Assembly (NCBI GenBank): GCA_018221165.1
Contig: JAAOYD010000033.1
Coordinates: 1-41,779, forward strand
DNA from: Candidatus Woesearchaeota archaeon
GTDB taxonomy: Archaea > Nanobdellota > Nanobdellia > Woesearchaeales > UBA525
Length of the DNA stretch: 41,779 nucleotides
Reading direction: 5' to 3'
Shown here: positions 1-9,548 of the stretch, piece after piece
Layout: every line of letters starts with the position of its first letter
How positions within the stretch are numbered: position 1 is the stretch's first letter
The notes under the pieces: generated by a model
Databases searched by the model: none
The model's input: the letters and a program-made list of their open reading frames with translations, nothing else
What the model was told of the DNA's origin: nothing
Translations under genes and position numbers: made by a program

Positions 1-66
1 GTCGCGGCAGGACACGATGGCTCAGAATATGTTATCGCAGTCGATGCGAAGACCAGCGGCAGGTAG
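1..66 (+). CDS. 3' end of an unidentified CDS (partial, enters from the window start)
   Basis: The frame is open from base 1 (..AAGHDGSEYVIAVDAKTSGR) and ends at TAG 64-66. It is too short to assign. Confidence 0.3.
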   Translation, partial: VAAGHDGSEYVIAVDAKTSGR

Positions 67-71
67 AAGCG

Positions 72-79
72 TTTTTAAA
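72..79 (+). promoter_or_regulatory. TATA-like box upstream of trmI
   Basis: tttttaaa ends 24 nt before ATG 103. The same spacing recurs at many genes in this window. Confidence 0.45.
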
Positions 80-102
80 CGAATTCTGATTCTTCTTTTG
101 TT

Positions 103-843
103 ATGAGTCGTATTATACTTCGTGAACGTCATAGCAAGCATGACAAGAAACCAGCTGAGTTCTACGCTCCTGATGAAGCCCATGATTTCCACACTGACTT
201 CGGGACTATTTCGAAGGCTGACCTGAAGAAGGGCGGTGTAGTATCAATAGGTAAGGAAACCTTCACCATCATGCCACCATCATTCATAGATACCTATTCT
301 CGGTTGGGAAGAGGCGCGCAAGTTGTCCACCCCAAGGACATTGGTCTGGTGATTGCTGAGACCGGTCTTGGTAAGGATTCTTTGGTTCTCGACATCGGTG
401 CAGGCTCCGGATTCTCAGCCTCGTTGTTCGCTCGCATTGCGAAGGAAGTGCACGCCTATGATATTGACGATCGCAACTTGAAGAAGTCAAAGGAGAACAT
501 CAAGGAATTAGGCATCAAGAACATCACCATCACTAAAGGAGATGTCTACGATGCTGCAACCATCAAGGAGAAAGACATCGACCTCTTCTTCCTGGATGTC
601 CCTGAACCTTGGAGAGCGCTTACAACAGCGAAGAATGTGCTGAAAAGTGGTGGGTTCCTCGTTGCATATTCACCGTGCATCACACAGACAATGCAAACTA
701 TTGAAGCTTTAGATAGTTCATTCCTCCATCTCAGAACTGTTGAAGTGATGCTGCGTGACTGGAAGGTACAAGGACAGGCCGTACGGCCAGAAAGTAAAGA
801 TTTCCAGCATACAGCGTTTCTTTCTTTTATCAGAAAGGTCTAG
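103..843 (+). CDS. trmI: tRNA (adenine-N1)-methyltransferase, TrmI/Trm61 (GCD14) family
   Basis: SAM-binding motif VLDIGAGSGFSASLFA, then DLFFLDVPEPW and the FLVAYSPCITQ region typical of m1A57/58 methyltransferases. Confidence 0.85.
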   Translation: MSRIILRERHSKHDKKPAEFYAPDEAHDFHTDFGTISKADLKKGGVVSIGKETFTIMPPSFIDTYSRLGRGAQVVHPKDIGLVIAETGLGKDSLVLDIGAGSGFSASLFARIAKEVHAYDIDDRNLKKSKENIKELGIKNITITKGDVYDAATIKEKDIDLFFLDVPEPWRALTTAKNVLKSGGFLVAYSPCITQTMQTIEALDSSFLHLRTVEVMLRDWKVQGQAVRPESKDFQHTAFLSFIRKV

Positions 844-1445
844 AATTTTCTCTTCCAGAGATAGCCGATGAGCGTGCTGGCCAGACCGTAACTCCCTATC
901 GCGAGGATTGTAGAAATCGCGAAGTTAAAGAAGAACCGTTCTGGGAAGAGCTGAATGAGTGTGCTGCCTTCTGGAAAGGCCCAGTTGCCGTGTGGGAAGA
1001 CAATATAGTGAAACTGAATCCAGAAGTTCTCGAAGTCGATAAGTGCGAGAATCGCCAAAAGGACGATGACACCAAGCGTTCCCAGACCACCGTAGAAGAG
1101 CATGTTCTGGAAGAGTTCTCGTGTCTGCTTCGCTGTCAGGATGAGAATAATAAGTGCTAGAAGAATGATACCTGCTGTCCTGAAGAGTGTCTTGAAGCGG
1201 TTCCGGACGTCGATGAGATGGAGGATTTCCTTGTCATTATAGGCAGTGAGCTTGACCTCCTCGAAGTTGAGGAAAGTGAAGGTGTCGTTCGCGATACGCT
1301 CTTGTTCAGGAGTCCATTCTTGCTTCGCGTACACACTGTTCTCGCCGTGATCGTAGAACACGCCAACAAAGCCAACCAGGATGAAGAGTGGCACGATAAG
1401 AATGCTGCAGATGATGTAGCGCCATGCACGGTCTTTCTTCGCCAT
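840..1445 (-). CDS. Integral membrane protein, DUF1461/TIGR01906-like
   Basis: N-terminal TM segment plus 3-4 C-terminal TM segments. The motif FENFWIQFHYIVFPHGNWAFPEGSTLIQLFPERFF resembles the DUF1461 signature. The start lies 1 nt after the ABCE1 stop. Confidence 0.55.
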   Translation of the reverse strand: MAKKDRAWRYIICSILIVPLFILVGFVGVFYDHGENSVYAKQEWTPEQERIANDTFTFLNFEEVKLTAYNDKEILHLIDVRNRFKTLFRTAGIILLALIILILTAKQTRELFQNMLFYGGLGTLGVIVLLAILALIDFENFWIQFHYIVFPHGNWAFPEGSTLIQLFPERFFFNFAISTILAIGSYGLASTLIGYLWKRKF

Positions 1446-1446
1446 C

Positions 1447-3225
1447 TCAACTCGCGTAATACAGCTTGCCGCTTTCTTTCTGTTCGCGGTCTTTCACGCT
1501 GGCGAGCTTGTTCGCTCTCGGTCGGTTGTTCTCCTCGTCTCTTCGGAAGGTTATTCCCAAATCGTCGAGGAACTTATTCATGCCTTCTTGCATACTAAAC
1601 GGTCCTTTGGCGACGCCGGTCTTGCCAGGTTCGCCTTCGAACACAATCAATTTCTCGCTGAGGTAATCAATAAACAGTAAGTCGTGGTCAACAACAAGGC
1701 AAGCTTTGCCTTTCGCTTCCATCATCTCACGGATTATTTTAGACATGAGCAATCGTTGTTCGACATCTAAGTAAGCCGAAGGTTCGTCGAGGAGGAAGAT
1801 GTCCGCATCAGCAGATAAACATCGTGCAATAATCACTCGTTGCAACTGGCCGCCTGAGAGTTCACTGAGTTTCTTTTCGTAGAGCGAAGCAAGGTTCAAA
1901 GGTTTAACCAATTGCGTCTCGTACTTCATCGCATCGGAAAGGAAGGAACCGACAAGTTCTTCTGCATCATAGCCTTCAGTTTCTTCAAGATATTGTGGCT
2001 TGTAACTGACTTTCAACGCACCACGAGAAGTTTCTCCTTGCATCTGCGCGAGTTCTTTTACAAAGGTAGTCTTGCCGATGCCGTTCTCGCCCAGGATGCC
2101 GATGACGTCGTGCTTGTGAATCACACCTGGTTCTGCAGTGAGTGTGAAGCTACCGAGCGTCTTGGTTATCGCAGGCCATTCCGCGAGTTTTGAATCCATC
2201 ACATCCCGTTGCTCGACCGCGTGTTTCGGGAAGTGAATCTTGTTGTCTCTGAATCGCACATTCTCCTCTTTCAAATAGCCGTCGAGATACACGTTAATAC
2301 CTGCTTTGGTGGCTTTTGGCTGCGAGACAATACCATAGGCGTTTTCTCGTCCATACAACAAGTGCACGAGTTCGCTCATGTAATCCAGGACTATCATGTC
2401 GTGATCGATAATCATCACGGCTGTCTCGTCATCTGCCAATGATTGGAGGAAGTTCGCGTTGCGCATGCGTTGTTTGATGTCTAAGTAGGAGGTCGGTTCA
2501 TCGAAGAACAACACGTTGGCGTTCTTGATGACGGTAGCTGCGATAGCAACTCGTTGCAACTCACCGCCTGAAAGGACTTTGATGTCCCGGTCGAGCAAGT
2601 GGTCAATCTGCACTTCTTTCAGAATTCGCTCAAATTCCTTTTCGTCTTTCTCGTTAATCTTTTTGAGCAAATCACCAACAGTACCTTCGTAGGCTTTCGC
2701 TAATTGCTCTACTTGCTGTGGTTTGTAACTGAGTGTAATCTTCTTGTCCCGGAGTTTTTCGAAGTAGCCTTGGGCTTCGTTGCCTTTGAAGTGCTCGATG
2801 AGTGCTTGGACTTCAGGCTTCTCCTCACTTTCAGTGTCTCCAAGGTTGGCAGGAAGTACACCAGCGAGTATCTTGACAGCAGTGGATTTACCGATGCCGT
2901 TCCGTCCCATGATGCCGACGACTTTGCCGAAGATGGGAACTGGTAAGCGAAATAACGCAAAGCCGTTCTTGCTGTATCTGTGGACTGGCTTCTCAGTAAG
3001 TTGTTCTGGAAGATTAATCAACTTTAGAGCGCGGAAGGGACATTTGTTCACCGCAATCCTATCAATGTCAGAGACGAGCTCTTCGTTCACCCCAATCTTG
3101 CCATCTTTGTCTTCGTAGAAGGCTTCTTTTCCAGCGCGGTTGCTAGGGCTGACCCTCGCGCAGAGGTAGCCGCCGCACCCTTCTGGGTTGCATTTCTCCT
3201 TCTCGACAATAACAATCTTGCTCAT
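1447..3225 (-). CDS. ABCE1 / RNase L inhibitor-type ribosome recycling ATPase
   Basis: N-terminal ferredoxin-like domain. Two ABC cassettes with Walker A motifs (GRNGIGKST, GENGIGKTT), signature motifs (LSGGELQR, LSGGQLQR) and Walker B motifs (LFFDEPTSYLD, FLLDEPSAYLD). Confidence 0.95.
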   Translation of the reverse strand: MSKIVIVEKEKCNPEGCGGYLCARVSPSNRAGKEAFYEDKDGKIGVNEELVSDIDRIAVNKCPFRALKLINLPEQLTEKPVHRYSKNGFALFRLPVPIFGKVVGIMGRNGIGKSTAVKILAGVLPANLGDTESEEKPEVQALIEHFKGNEAQGYFEKLRDKKITLSYKPQQVEQLAKAYEGTVGDLLKKINEKDEKEFERILKEVQIDHLLDRDIKVLSGGELQRVAIAATVIKNANVLFFDEPTSYLDIKQRMRNANFLQSLADDETAVMIIDHDMIVLDYMSELVHLLYGRENAYGIVSQPKATKAGINVYLDGYLKEENVRFRDNKIHFPKHAVEQRDVMDSKLAEWPAITKTLGSFTLTAEPGVIHKHDVIGILGENGIGKTTFVKELAQMQGETSRGALKVSYKPQYLEETEGYDAEELVGSFLSDAMKYETQLVKPLNLASLYEKKLSELSGGQLQRVIIARCLSADADIFLLDEPSAYLDVEQRLLMSKIIREMMEAKGKACLVVDHDLLFIDYLSEKLIVFEGEPGKTGVAKGPFSMQEGMNKFLDDLGITFRRDEENNRPRANKLASVKDREQKESGKLYYAS

Positions 3226-3333
3226 AGCGCTGAAGAATGAGAGAGCATTATTTAAAGCTAGCTACGGATTCTTTTCTATATGGACGAGAAACTGATATTA
3301 TGCAAAGACATATTAATCTAAAGACTTCAAGAG

Positions 3334-3555
3334 TTGTCATGGTACACAGAAATCACATTCACCGTACCACGAGACATCACTGGCGAATTCAAAGCACAGC
3401 TTGAAGCGATGGCCATGGCTAAGAAAATTGGAAGTCCCATCAATGCTTGGCTAATGCTTTTGATAATTCCGGTCTTGGTAGTTGTTGTTATCTTCTTCCA
3501 ACGATTCAAGAAAGAACCAGAACTCCCTTCATCAGATGAAGAAGTTAAGATTTAG
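3334..3555 (+). CDS. Small hypothetical membrane protein
   Basis: 73-aa ORF with one hydrophobic helix (WLMLLIIPVLVVVVIFF). I recognise no family. Confidence 0.3.
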   Translation: MSWYTEITFTVPRDITGEFKAQLEAMAMAKKIGSPINAWLMLLIIPVLVVVVIFFQRFKKEPELPSSDEEVKI

Positions 3556-3624
3556 ATAATCTTCTAAATAAATACATCAAAACCACAACCTTTATATCTC
3601 ATTCTTACTTTCCTTACTTGTAAG

Positions 3625-3900
3625 ATGAAGAGACCAATCCTCCAAGAGGTCCGCACAGTCACGGTGACGAGCAAAGGACAGATATCCTTACCGAAAGCTA
3701 TGAGAAAAAAGAACTTCAAGGAAGGGAAGAAGCTCGCGCTTATCGCATTCGATGACCACATCGAACTTCGCTCCGTAGAATCCTTCCAGAAGGCCGTCGA
3801 CCTTTCGAAACCTGGAGTGATAACTGCTTTAATGAGTAGTCGTTCATTAGCAAGAGAATGGCTAACCCCTGAAGAAGACGAAGCATGGAAGGACTTGTAA
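3625..3900 (+). CDS. AbrB/SpoVT-domain antitoxin (MazE-like)
   Basis: VTVTSKGQISLPKAMRKK is a SpoVT/AbrB swapped-hairpin motif. The CDS overlaps the downstream toxin gene by 16 nt. Confidence 0.8.
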   Translation: MKRPILQEVRTVTVTSKGQISLPKAMRKKNFKEGKKLALIAFDDHIELRSVESFQKAVDLSKPGVITALMSSRSLAREWLTPEEDEAWKDL

Positions 3901-4205
3901 AAGGAGATGTTGTCATACTCGACTTCCCATTCGCAGATTTAGCACAAAGAAAACGTCGCCCTGCACTTGTTCTGCAAGTTCTACAGAAAGATATCATCAC
4001 ATTACAAATAACTACTTCGAACTTCAACGGAATCATTCTTGAACAAGACGATTTTATCACAGGTGAGCTCAGAGCGGCGAGCATTATCAGACCTAATTTC
4101 ATCATGACTGTTGAAAAAACACTTGTCCTCTACAAAGCAGGACACATAACTACTGAAAAACTCGAAGAGACCATCGAGAGCGTCTGTGCACTGGTCAGAC
4201 AGTAA
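3885..4205 (+). CDS. PemK/MazF-family toxin (endoribonuclease)
   Basis: GDVVILDFPFADLAQRKRRPALVL is a typical MazF/PemK N-terminus. Size is 106 aa and it is paired with the AbrB antitoxin. Confidence 0.8.
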   Translation: MEGLVKGDVVILDFPFADLAQRKRRPALVLQVLQKDIITLQITTSNFNGIILEQDDFITGELRAASIIRPNFIMTVEKTLVLYKAGHITTEKLEETIESVCALVRQ

Positions 4206-4212
4206 CACCATC

Positions 4213-4220
4213 TTTTTATA
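4213..4220 (+). promoter_or_regulatory. TATA-like box upstream of polB
   Basis: tttttata ends 22 nt before ATG 4243. Confidence 0.45.
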
Positions 4221-4242
4221 CGTCTCTACGCTCCATCGAAGC

Positions 4243-6591
4243 ATGAAAGGATTCATCGTAGATAGAACCTATCGCCTCATTGATAGTAGGGCCTATGTCT
4301 ACCTCTTTGGACGCTTGCATAACGGCGCATCTTTCCTCACAATCAACTCATTCAATCCCTTCTTCTACATCAAGAAAGCGGACCTTGACAAGGCGAAGAA
4401 AATAGCTCCTGTTGAAGACGAAGCTGTCGATATGAAGTCAATGGATGAAGAACCTGTCCACAAGATTATTTTGAAAGTGCCGCGAGACGTCCCCACAGTC
4501 AGGAAGGCCTACGAAGACCAAGGTATCGCTTGCTTCGAAGCAGACATCCGATTCACCCAGCGTTTCTGCATGAACCAAGGCATCTACGCAACCTTAGACA
4601 TCCATGGCGAATACAAGAAAGGTCAGTACGTCGACCGCATCTACGAAGAACCGGATTTCACCCCAGTGGACTACACACCCAAACTCACCACCTTGAGTTT
4701 TGACATCGAAACATCCTTGGATGGCAAACACCTCTACGCTATCAGTCTCGTCACACATGAGAAGAAGAAAGTCTTGTTCCTCAAAGAAAAAGAAAACAAA
4801 TCTCACCAAACCCTCAAAATTCCTAATACTGAACTGTTTGATGATGAAAAATCCCTTCTCGAACGCTTCACAGCACTCATAAAAGAATGGGACCCGGACG
4901 TCATCACCGGCTGGAACGTCATCGACTTCGATCTCGCAGACCTGAAACGACGCTTCGACAAACACAAGCTTCCATTCAAGCTTGGCCGCGCAGACTGGGA
5001 CTGCGCCTTACGCCTAGAAAAAACCTTCATGAAAGACAGCACTGCTGACTTCCCCGGCAGGGTCGTCTTAGATGGCATTCACTTGCTGCGTTCTAGCTTC
5101 GTCCGCTTGGATGATTACAAGCTTGAAACAGCAGCCAGAGAGCTTCTCGGAGAGGGTAAGCTCATCAAAGGAGACGACAGACATGAAGAAATCGAACGGC
5201 AATATCATAACGACCCGAAGCAGCTCATCGCCTATAATCTCAAAGATTCAGAACTCGTTCTACAGATTCTCGACAAGCTCCAGCTCATCGAACTCACAGC
5301 TTTGAGAAGCATGCTGACTGGCCTCACCATGGAGCGCGTCCGCGCATCCATCGCGAGCTTCGATTCTGTCTATATCCGCCACATGAACACCACAGGTATC
5401 GTCGCTCCGTCAGGCACCTACACTGAGAAAGCGGAACGAATAACCGGCGGTTATGTCATGCAGAGCAAGCCAGGCATCTATGACTACATCCTCGTCCTTG
5501 ATTTCAAGAGCATGTACCCCAGCGTCATCCGCTCCTTCAATATCGACCCAGTGAGCTATCTGCCGAAGGCAAAGGACAAGAAGAGCACGAAAGACGTTAT
5601 CGTTGCTCCGAATGGTGCGTGCTTCAAGAATGACGAAGGCCTTCTCCCAGAAATCATCCAGCATTTGTGGAAACAGCGTGATGAAGCAAAGAAACGGAAA
5701 GACCAAGTGGCTTCCTTAGCCATCAAGACGCTCATGAACAGTTTTTTCGGCGTGCTCGCTAGCGCAAACTGCCGTTTCTTCTCTTTGGAAATGGGCAACG
5801 CCATCACCCACTTCGCCCAGCATTTCATCAAGTTGGCAGCTGAAAAAATTGAAGGTCAAGGCTATGAGGTCATCTACGGTGATACAGATTCTGTTTTCGT
5901 CAAGTCAGGCGCGAAAGACGTGAAAGAAGCCGAGAAGATAGGGACGACTATCCAAGACAAAATCAATGCCTTCTACGAGGACTATGTGCAGAAGGAATTC
6001 TATCGCACAAACTTCATGGAGTTAGAAGCAGAAAAGGTCTACCGCAAGTTCATGATGCCCACCTTGCGCGGTTCCGATGTGGGCGCGAAGAAGCGTTACG
6101 CGGGGTTATTGATGAAAGATGGAAAGGAAAAGCTGGACTTCACCGGCCTGGAATTCGTGCGCAGAGATTGGACTGAAGTGAGCAAGAAGTTCCAGCTGGA
6201 ATTGCTGGATAAGATCTTCCACGAGCAAGAAGTCACGGGATATGTCAAGACATTCATCGAGGACCTCAAGAAGGGGAAATATGACAAGCTTCTCGTCTAC
6301 AAGAAGAGCGTGCGGAAGAGCTTGGCTGAGTACGTCAAGACCACGCCACCGCACGTCAAAGCTGCGAGGATTCTCGAGCACCACCTCGGCGGCTTGCCCA
6401 GCAGTATCATCGAGTACATCATGACGGAGAACGGGCCAGAACCGGTTGATTACCTCACTGGCACCATCGACTACGACCACTACATCGCGAAGCAAATCAA
6501 ACCACTCGCCGACTCAGTATTAGGCTTCTATGGCACGACTTTCGACGAGCTCATCGAAGGCAGCCAACAGCAGACCTTGTTTGGGTATTGA
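4243..6591 (+). CDS. polB: Family B DNA polymerase
   Basis: Exo I FDIET, Exo II NVIDFDLADL, Exo III YNLKDSELV. Pol motif A DFKSMYPS, motif B KTLMNSFFGVLA, motif C YGDTDS. I chose the start at MKGFIV (4243) rather than the ORF-track start at 4186 because of the upstream TATA box. Confidence 0.93.
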   Translation: MKGFIVDRTYRLIDSRAYVYLFGRLHNGASFLTINSFNPFFYIKKADLDKAKKIAPVEDEAVDMKSMDEEPVHKIILKVPRDVPTVRKAYEDQGIACFEADIRFTQRFCMNQGIYATLDIHGEYKKGQYVDRIYEEPDFTPVDYTPKLTTLSFDIETSLDGKHLYAISLVTHEKKKVLFLKEKENKSHQTLKIPNTELFDDEKSLLERFTALIKEWDPDVITGWNVIDFDLADLKRRFDKHKLPFKLGRADWDCALRLEKTFMKDSTADFPGRVVLDGIHLLRSSFVRLDDYKLETAARELLGEGKLIKGDDRHEEIERQYHNDPKQLIAYNLKDSELVLQILDKLQLIELTALRSMLTGLTMERVRASIASFDSVYIRHMNTTGIVAPSGTYTEKAERITGGYVMQSKPGIYDYILVLDFKSMYPSVIRSFNIDPVSYLPKAKDKKSTKDVIVAPNGACFKNDEGLLPEIIQHLWKQRDEAKKRKDQVASLAIKTLMNSFFGVLASANCRFFSLEMGNAITHFAQHFIKLAAEKIEGQGYEVIYGDTDSVFVKSGAKDVKEAEKIGTTIQDKINAFYEDYVQKEFYRTNFMELEAEKVYRKFMMPTLRGSDVGAKKRYAGLLMKDGKEKLDFTGLEFVRRDWTEVSKKFQLELLDKIFHEQEVTGYVKTFIEDLKKGKYDKLLVYKKSVRKSLAEYVKTTPPHVKAARILEHHLGGLPSSIIEYIMTENGPEPVDYLTGTIDYDHYIAKQIKPLADSVLGFYGTTFDELIEGSQQQTLFGY

Positions 6592-6648
6592 CTATTAAGT
6601 AGTACTAGAATAAAAAGCTATTTAAATCTCAATCTAATTCTCACCAGT

Positions 6649-7113
6649 ATGAGTATTCCATGTGGCCTTTTAGAAAGTAACAGTCCAGGTTTTCTTGTTC
6701 GTAATGAATGGAATGCAATAGACAAACAGTTCAACAAAGCAAGAGGATGGGTGACAACCCAACGAGAATTCTGGAGACGACTGAGTATGCATCATCAACC
6801 AAGACTTCTTGAGTTAGAAGGTGCTGCAGAATCATTGCTTTCAAGAAAGTTTCCAGGTGCAGAAGACTACCTACAAGATGTGGCAATAGCCAGAAATGAA
6901 GATTATCTTTATTTACAAGCTTTTGACGCGACACTCAGCCAACTCAACAAAGAAGAAAAACAGATTACACAATCGACGAGAAACGCACACAATAGCGTTG
7001 CCGAAGCGTATCAACGCAATTGGACTATTGTGGCAACCAGACTTGCACAAGAGGATGAAGCAGAAACGCAAGCGAAAGAATACTGGACAACTTGCCAGCT
7101 TCCGGACGCATAA
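6649..7113 (+). CDS. Hypothetical protein
   Basis: 154-aa ORF in an otherwise empty interval. No family recognised. Confidence 0.45.
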   Translation: MSIPCGLLESNSPGFLVRNEWNAIDKQFNKARGWVTTQREFWRRLSMHHQPRLLELEGAAESLLSRKFPGAEDYLQDVAIARNEDYLYLQAFDATLSQLNKEEKQITQSTRNAHNSVAEAYQRNWTIVATRLAQEDEAETQAKEYWTTCQLPDA

Positions 7114-7151
7114 GCGAAACCCTTTAAAACATCCTTTTCTCAAATTCTCTT

Positions 7152-7742
7152 ATGACAAAAGACGAAGCTCCAAAGAAGATTCTCAAGAAGCTGGGCGAGA
7201 CCGGCAATTTCTACGCGCGTTTGGAACACCTCAACGTTGATTTCGGCGGTGGCGTCGTAAAGGAAGCCTACCGAGCGGTTTTGCCTAATGGCGTCTTCAT
7301 CCTCCCCATAACCGACGACGGAAAAATAGTTCTTGTGCATCAGTATCGCGTCTTCGGTCGTGGTTGGACTTATGAGATTCCCGCAGGCGCCATGGACAAA
7401 GAAGACCAGGAATCACCGGAGATGTGCGCACTCAGAGAGCTAGAGGAAGAAACCGGCTACAAAGCCCATGAGATTGAGCCTTTGTTTGATTTCGAACCGC
7501 ACACAACGATGCCATCGCAAAGTCATCTCTTCGTCGCGCGCAAGCTGGTGAAGGGCGAGCCGAAGCGCGATAAGGAAGAGAGTGAGATGGAAGCTGTCGA
7601 AGTCACACCTTCACAGTTCTGGGCCATGTGCCTGGACGGCACCATCAAGCAAGGCCAGACCATCATTGCTTGCCTCGTCGCCAAAGACAAAGGCATCCTC
7701 AAGGTCGATATGAAAGAAGTGAAGAAAGGACATCCGTTCTAG
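7152..7742 (+). CDS. NUDIX hydrolase (ADP-ribose pyrophosphatase-like)
   Basis: Nudix box [25 protein letters not shown] (GX5EX7REUXEEXGU). Confidence 0.85.
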   Translation: MTKDEAPKKILKKLGETGNFYARLEHLNVDFGGGVVKEAYRAVLPNGVFILPITDDGKIVLVHQYRVFGRGWTYEIPAGAMDKEDQESPEMCALRELEEETGYKAHEIEPLFDFEPHTTMPSQSHLFVARKLVKGEPKRDKEESEMEAVEVTPSQFWAMCLDGTIKQGQTIIACLVAKDKGILKVDMKEVKKGHPF

Positions 7743-7795
7743 TTGACTACTCCCCAATACTAATCTTTTTAATCTTCCGATAGTTCCCGACACCC

Positions 7796-8224
7796 ATGCC
7801 AGTCTTGGAATTGCAGCCGAGAAGCCTCGCGCCGGTACGTGACTACGAGTCGCTCGACAGCCATATAGATAGCGCGCTCGTCATCAATGCAATCACTGAT
7901 GGTGAGATTCTCAGCATCCCGAGCCAAAAGCGCGGTATCTATGCCAACCTTAAGCTCTTGAGCAAGGCGCCTGTGGGAGACCTGCTTGTCGGCTACCATA
8001 AGAACGGGGTGAATCATTGGGTGCAGGGCGTCTCGTTCACGCCAGACCTGGATGGCGAGCACGATATTCTCGGAGCTAGGTACGCGGTGAATGAGCCAGG
8101 CATGATGATCGCCATCAAGGAAGGCTCGTTCATGGTCCAGGATCCCCACGCAATCTCTCAGGAAGAAATCGAGAAGGTTCTTCGGATTATCGCTGCGCTT
8201 TCAGAAGGAGCTTGGGAGTACTGA
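7796..8224 (+). CDS. Hypothetical protein
   Basis: 142-aa ORF that fills the interval. No family recognised. Confidence 0.45.
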   Translation: MPVLELQPRSLAPVRDYESLDSHIDSALVINAITDGEILSIPSQKRGIYANLKLLSKAPVGDLLVGYHKNGVNHWVQGVSFTPDLDGEHDILGARYAVNEPGMMIAIKEGSFMVQDPHAISQEEIEKVLRIIAALSEGAWEY

Positions 8225-8226
8225 AC

Positions 8227-8517
8227 TCAGAGCAGCATCATGATGCCCATCTCGACGCGTTCCAGATAGCCATCGGTTTCCAAATCAGTAATCAGACCGT
8301 CAACTTCCTCGTCGGTGAAGCCTTGGTTGCGCGCCTCCACAACAATCTGTTCTGTGAGAATCCTGCCTTTCTTGTCAGGGTTGAGACCTTGGATGATACT
8401 GAGTAGCGAGACCTTACGATCCATGTCGTTTTCTTCGCGGAGCCGACCAGCCATATTACGCTGGACCCGCATCAGTTCGTCAAATTCGTCAGCATCCATA
8501 CTAAACCCCCTAACCAC
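8227..8517 (-). CDS. Small hypothetical protein, possibly a winged-helix fold
   Basis: 96-aa acidic ORF. The C-terminal part (LTEQIVVEARNQGFTDEEVDGLITDLETDGYLERV) resembles wHTH domains. This is my pattern impression only. Confidence 0.4.
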   Translation of the reverse strand: MVRGFSMDADEFDELMRVQRNMAGRLREENDMDRKVSLLSIIQGLNPDKKGRILTEQIVVEARNQGFTDEEVDGLITDLETDGYLERVEMGIMMLL

Positions 8518-8800
8518 AAGCTCTCCAGGAACGTATAAAAAGATTCCGGAAGTGGTATACAGAAAAGGGAATTAGGAGCAGTACCGCTGCATAAACACGC
8601 AGGCAGAGCGATGACGTAAGGCTTAAATATCCAGCCAGACTCACTTTCTTGGGGGTAAGTATGTTTCACGCTATTACTAAGCAGGAGAATGGAAGCTCGC
8701 GTTTCCTAAATTTTCTCGTTTGCGGCGAGGACTTCTTTATCCAGCGCCAAGTCGAACAAAAGAATGGCTTCGTTTTTATGCGCGCTAAGAAACGGGTTAT

Positions 8801-9232
8801 CTAGAACTCATCTTCAGGCTTGGGCTTTTTCGGAACGTCACGCTTCTTCACTTCTTTCATGACTTCTTTGTACATGCGGATGCGTCGGCCACCGCGCTTG
8901 AACACGCGACCAGTACCTTTGATGACAGTGTTGTGGAGGCCACGGCCCATGCTCGCAAATATCCCTACTGTACCTGCGCCTGCTGACTTCATAGCGTTCC
9001 CCATCCTGGTCGACAACGCTGGTGGGCCTTCTCGCTTCAACTCGAAGTCAGCTCCCTTAATCTGCTCTTCGCGAAAGAAATCAATGGCCTTCAAGGTATG
9101 CTCGAGTTCCTTGATTGCACCATAGAGTTGGTGCTGCTTGCTGAGCTCGAAGGCGTCCTTCCCTTTCTGGAGGGTGTCGATCAATCCTAATCGTCGTTCT
9201 TCGGTCTGTCGCTTAAGCTTGTTGAGTGGCAT
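8801..9232 (-). CDS. Hypothetical protein
   Basis: 143-aa ORF immediately downstream of ORF 9259-9525 on the same strand. Confidence 0.45.
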   Translation of the reverse strand: MPLNKLKRQTEERRLGLIDTLQKGKDAFELSKQHQLYGAIKELEHTLKAIDFFREEQIKGADFELKREGPPALSTRMGNAMKSAGAGTVGIFASMGRGLHNTVIKGTGRVFKRGGRRIRMYKEVMKEVKKRDVPKKPKPEDEF

Positions 9233-9258
9233 GGTAGTATTGTGCTCCGTTCGTTTTT

Positions 9259-9525
9259 TTAAACCTTATTATTCAGGAAGCTATTCAAGCAGTCCTCGCC
9301 ATCAAAGCTCGCTCGTTGCCGCAACCCTTTTGGCCCAAAGTACAGGGTCATAGCGGTAGAGGGATCAAGCTCTACGCCGCATACAGGGCATACTTTATTC
9401 GGGTTCTCGAAGGCAGCTATCCGCTCTTCAATCAAGCGAAGCATGTTACCTTCAGCTATGTCTTTCCGTATCTTCAACAAGTCGTCATAATCGAGTTCTT
9501 GTACTAGTTTTGCCAGCCTGTTCAC
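9259..9525 (-). CDS. Hypothetical small protein (single CPVC motif)
   Basis: 88-aa ORF on the same strand as, and tightly spaced with, its neighbours. Confidence 0.45.
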   Translation of the reverse strand: MNRLAKLVQELDYDDLLKIRKDIAEGNMLRLIEERIAAFENPNKVCPVCGVELDPSTAMTLYFGPKGLRQRASFDGEDCLNSFLNNKV

Positions 9526-9548
9526 GCCGGTTCACCTTCAATATTTCT

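Noticed and set aside
4243-6591. Whether the only polymerase in the window (PolB, YGDTDS) could be the missing DGR reverse transcriptase.
   Set aside because: All its motifs are classic family-B exonuclease and polymerase motifs. YGDTDS is family-B motif C, not an RT YxDD box. It lies 34 kb away among housekeeping genes.
8518-8800. ~280-nt gap without an annotated ORF, checked for tRNA, C/D-box sRNA or a small gene.
   Set aside because: I found no cloverleaf, no convincing C (RUGAUGA) / D (CUGA) box pairing and no strong hairpin. The 65-aa ORF at 8472-8669 looks non-coding. The gap may hold promoters or terminators of the convergent and divergent neighbours, and I cannot support any feature here.
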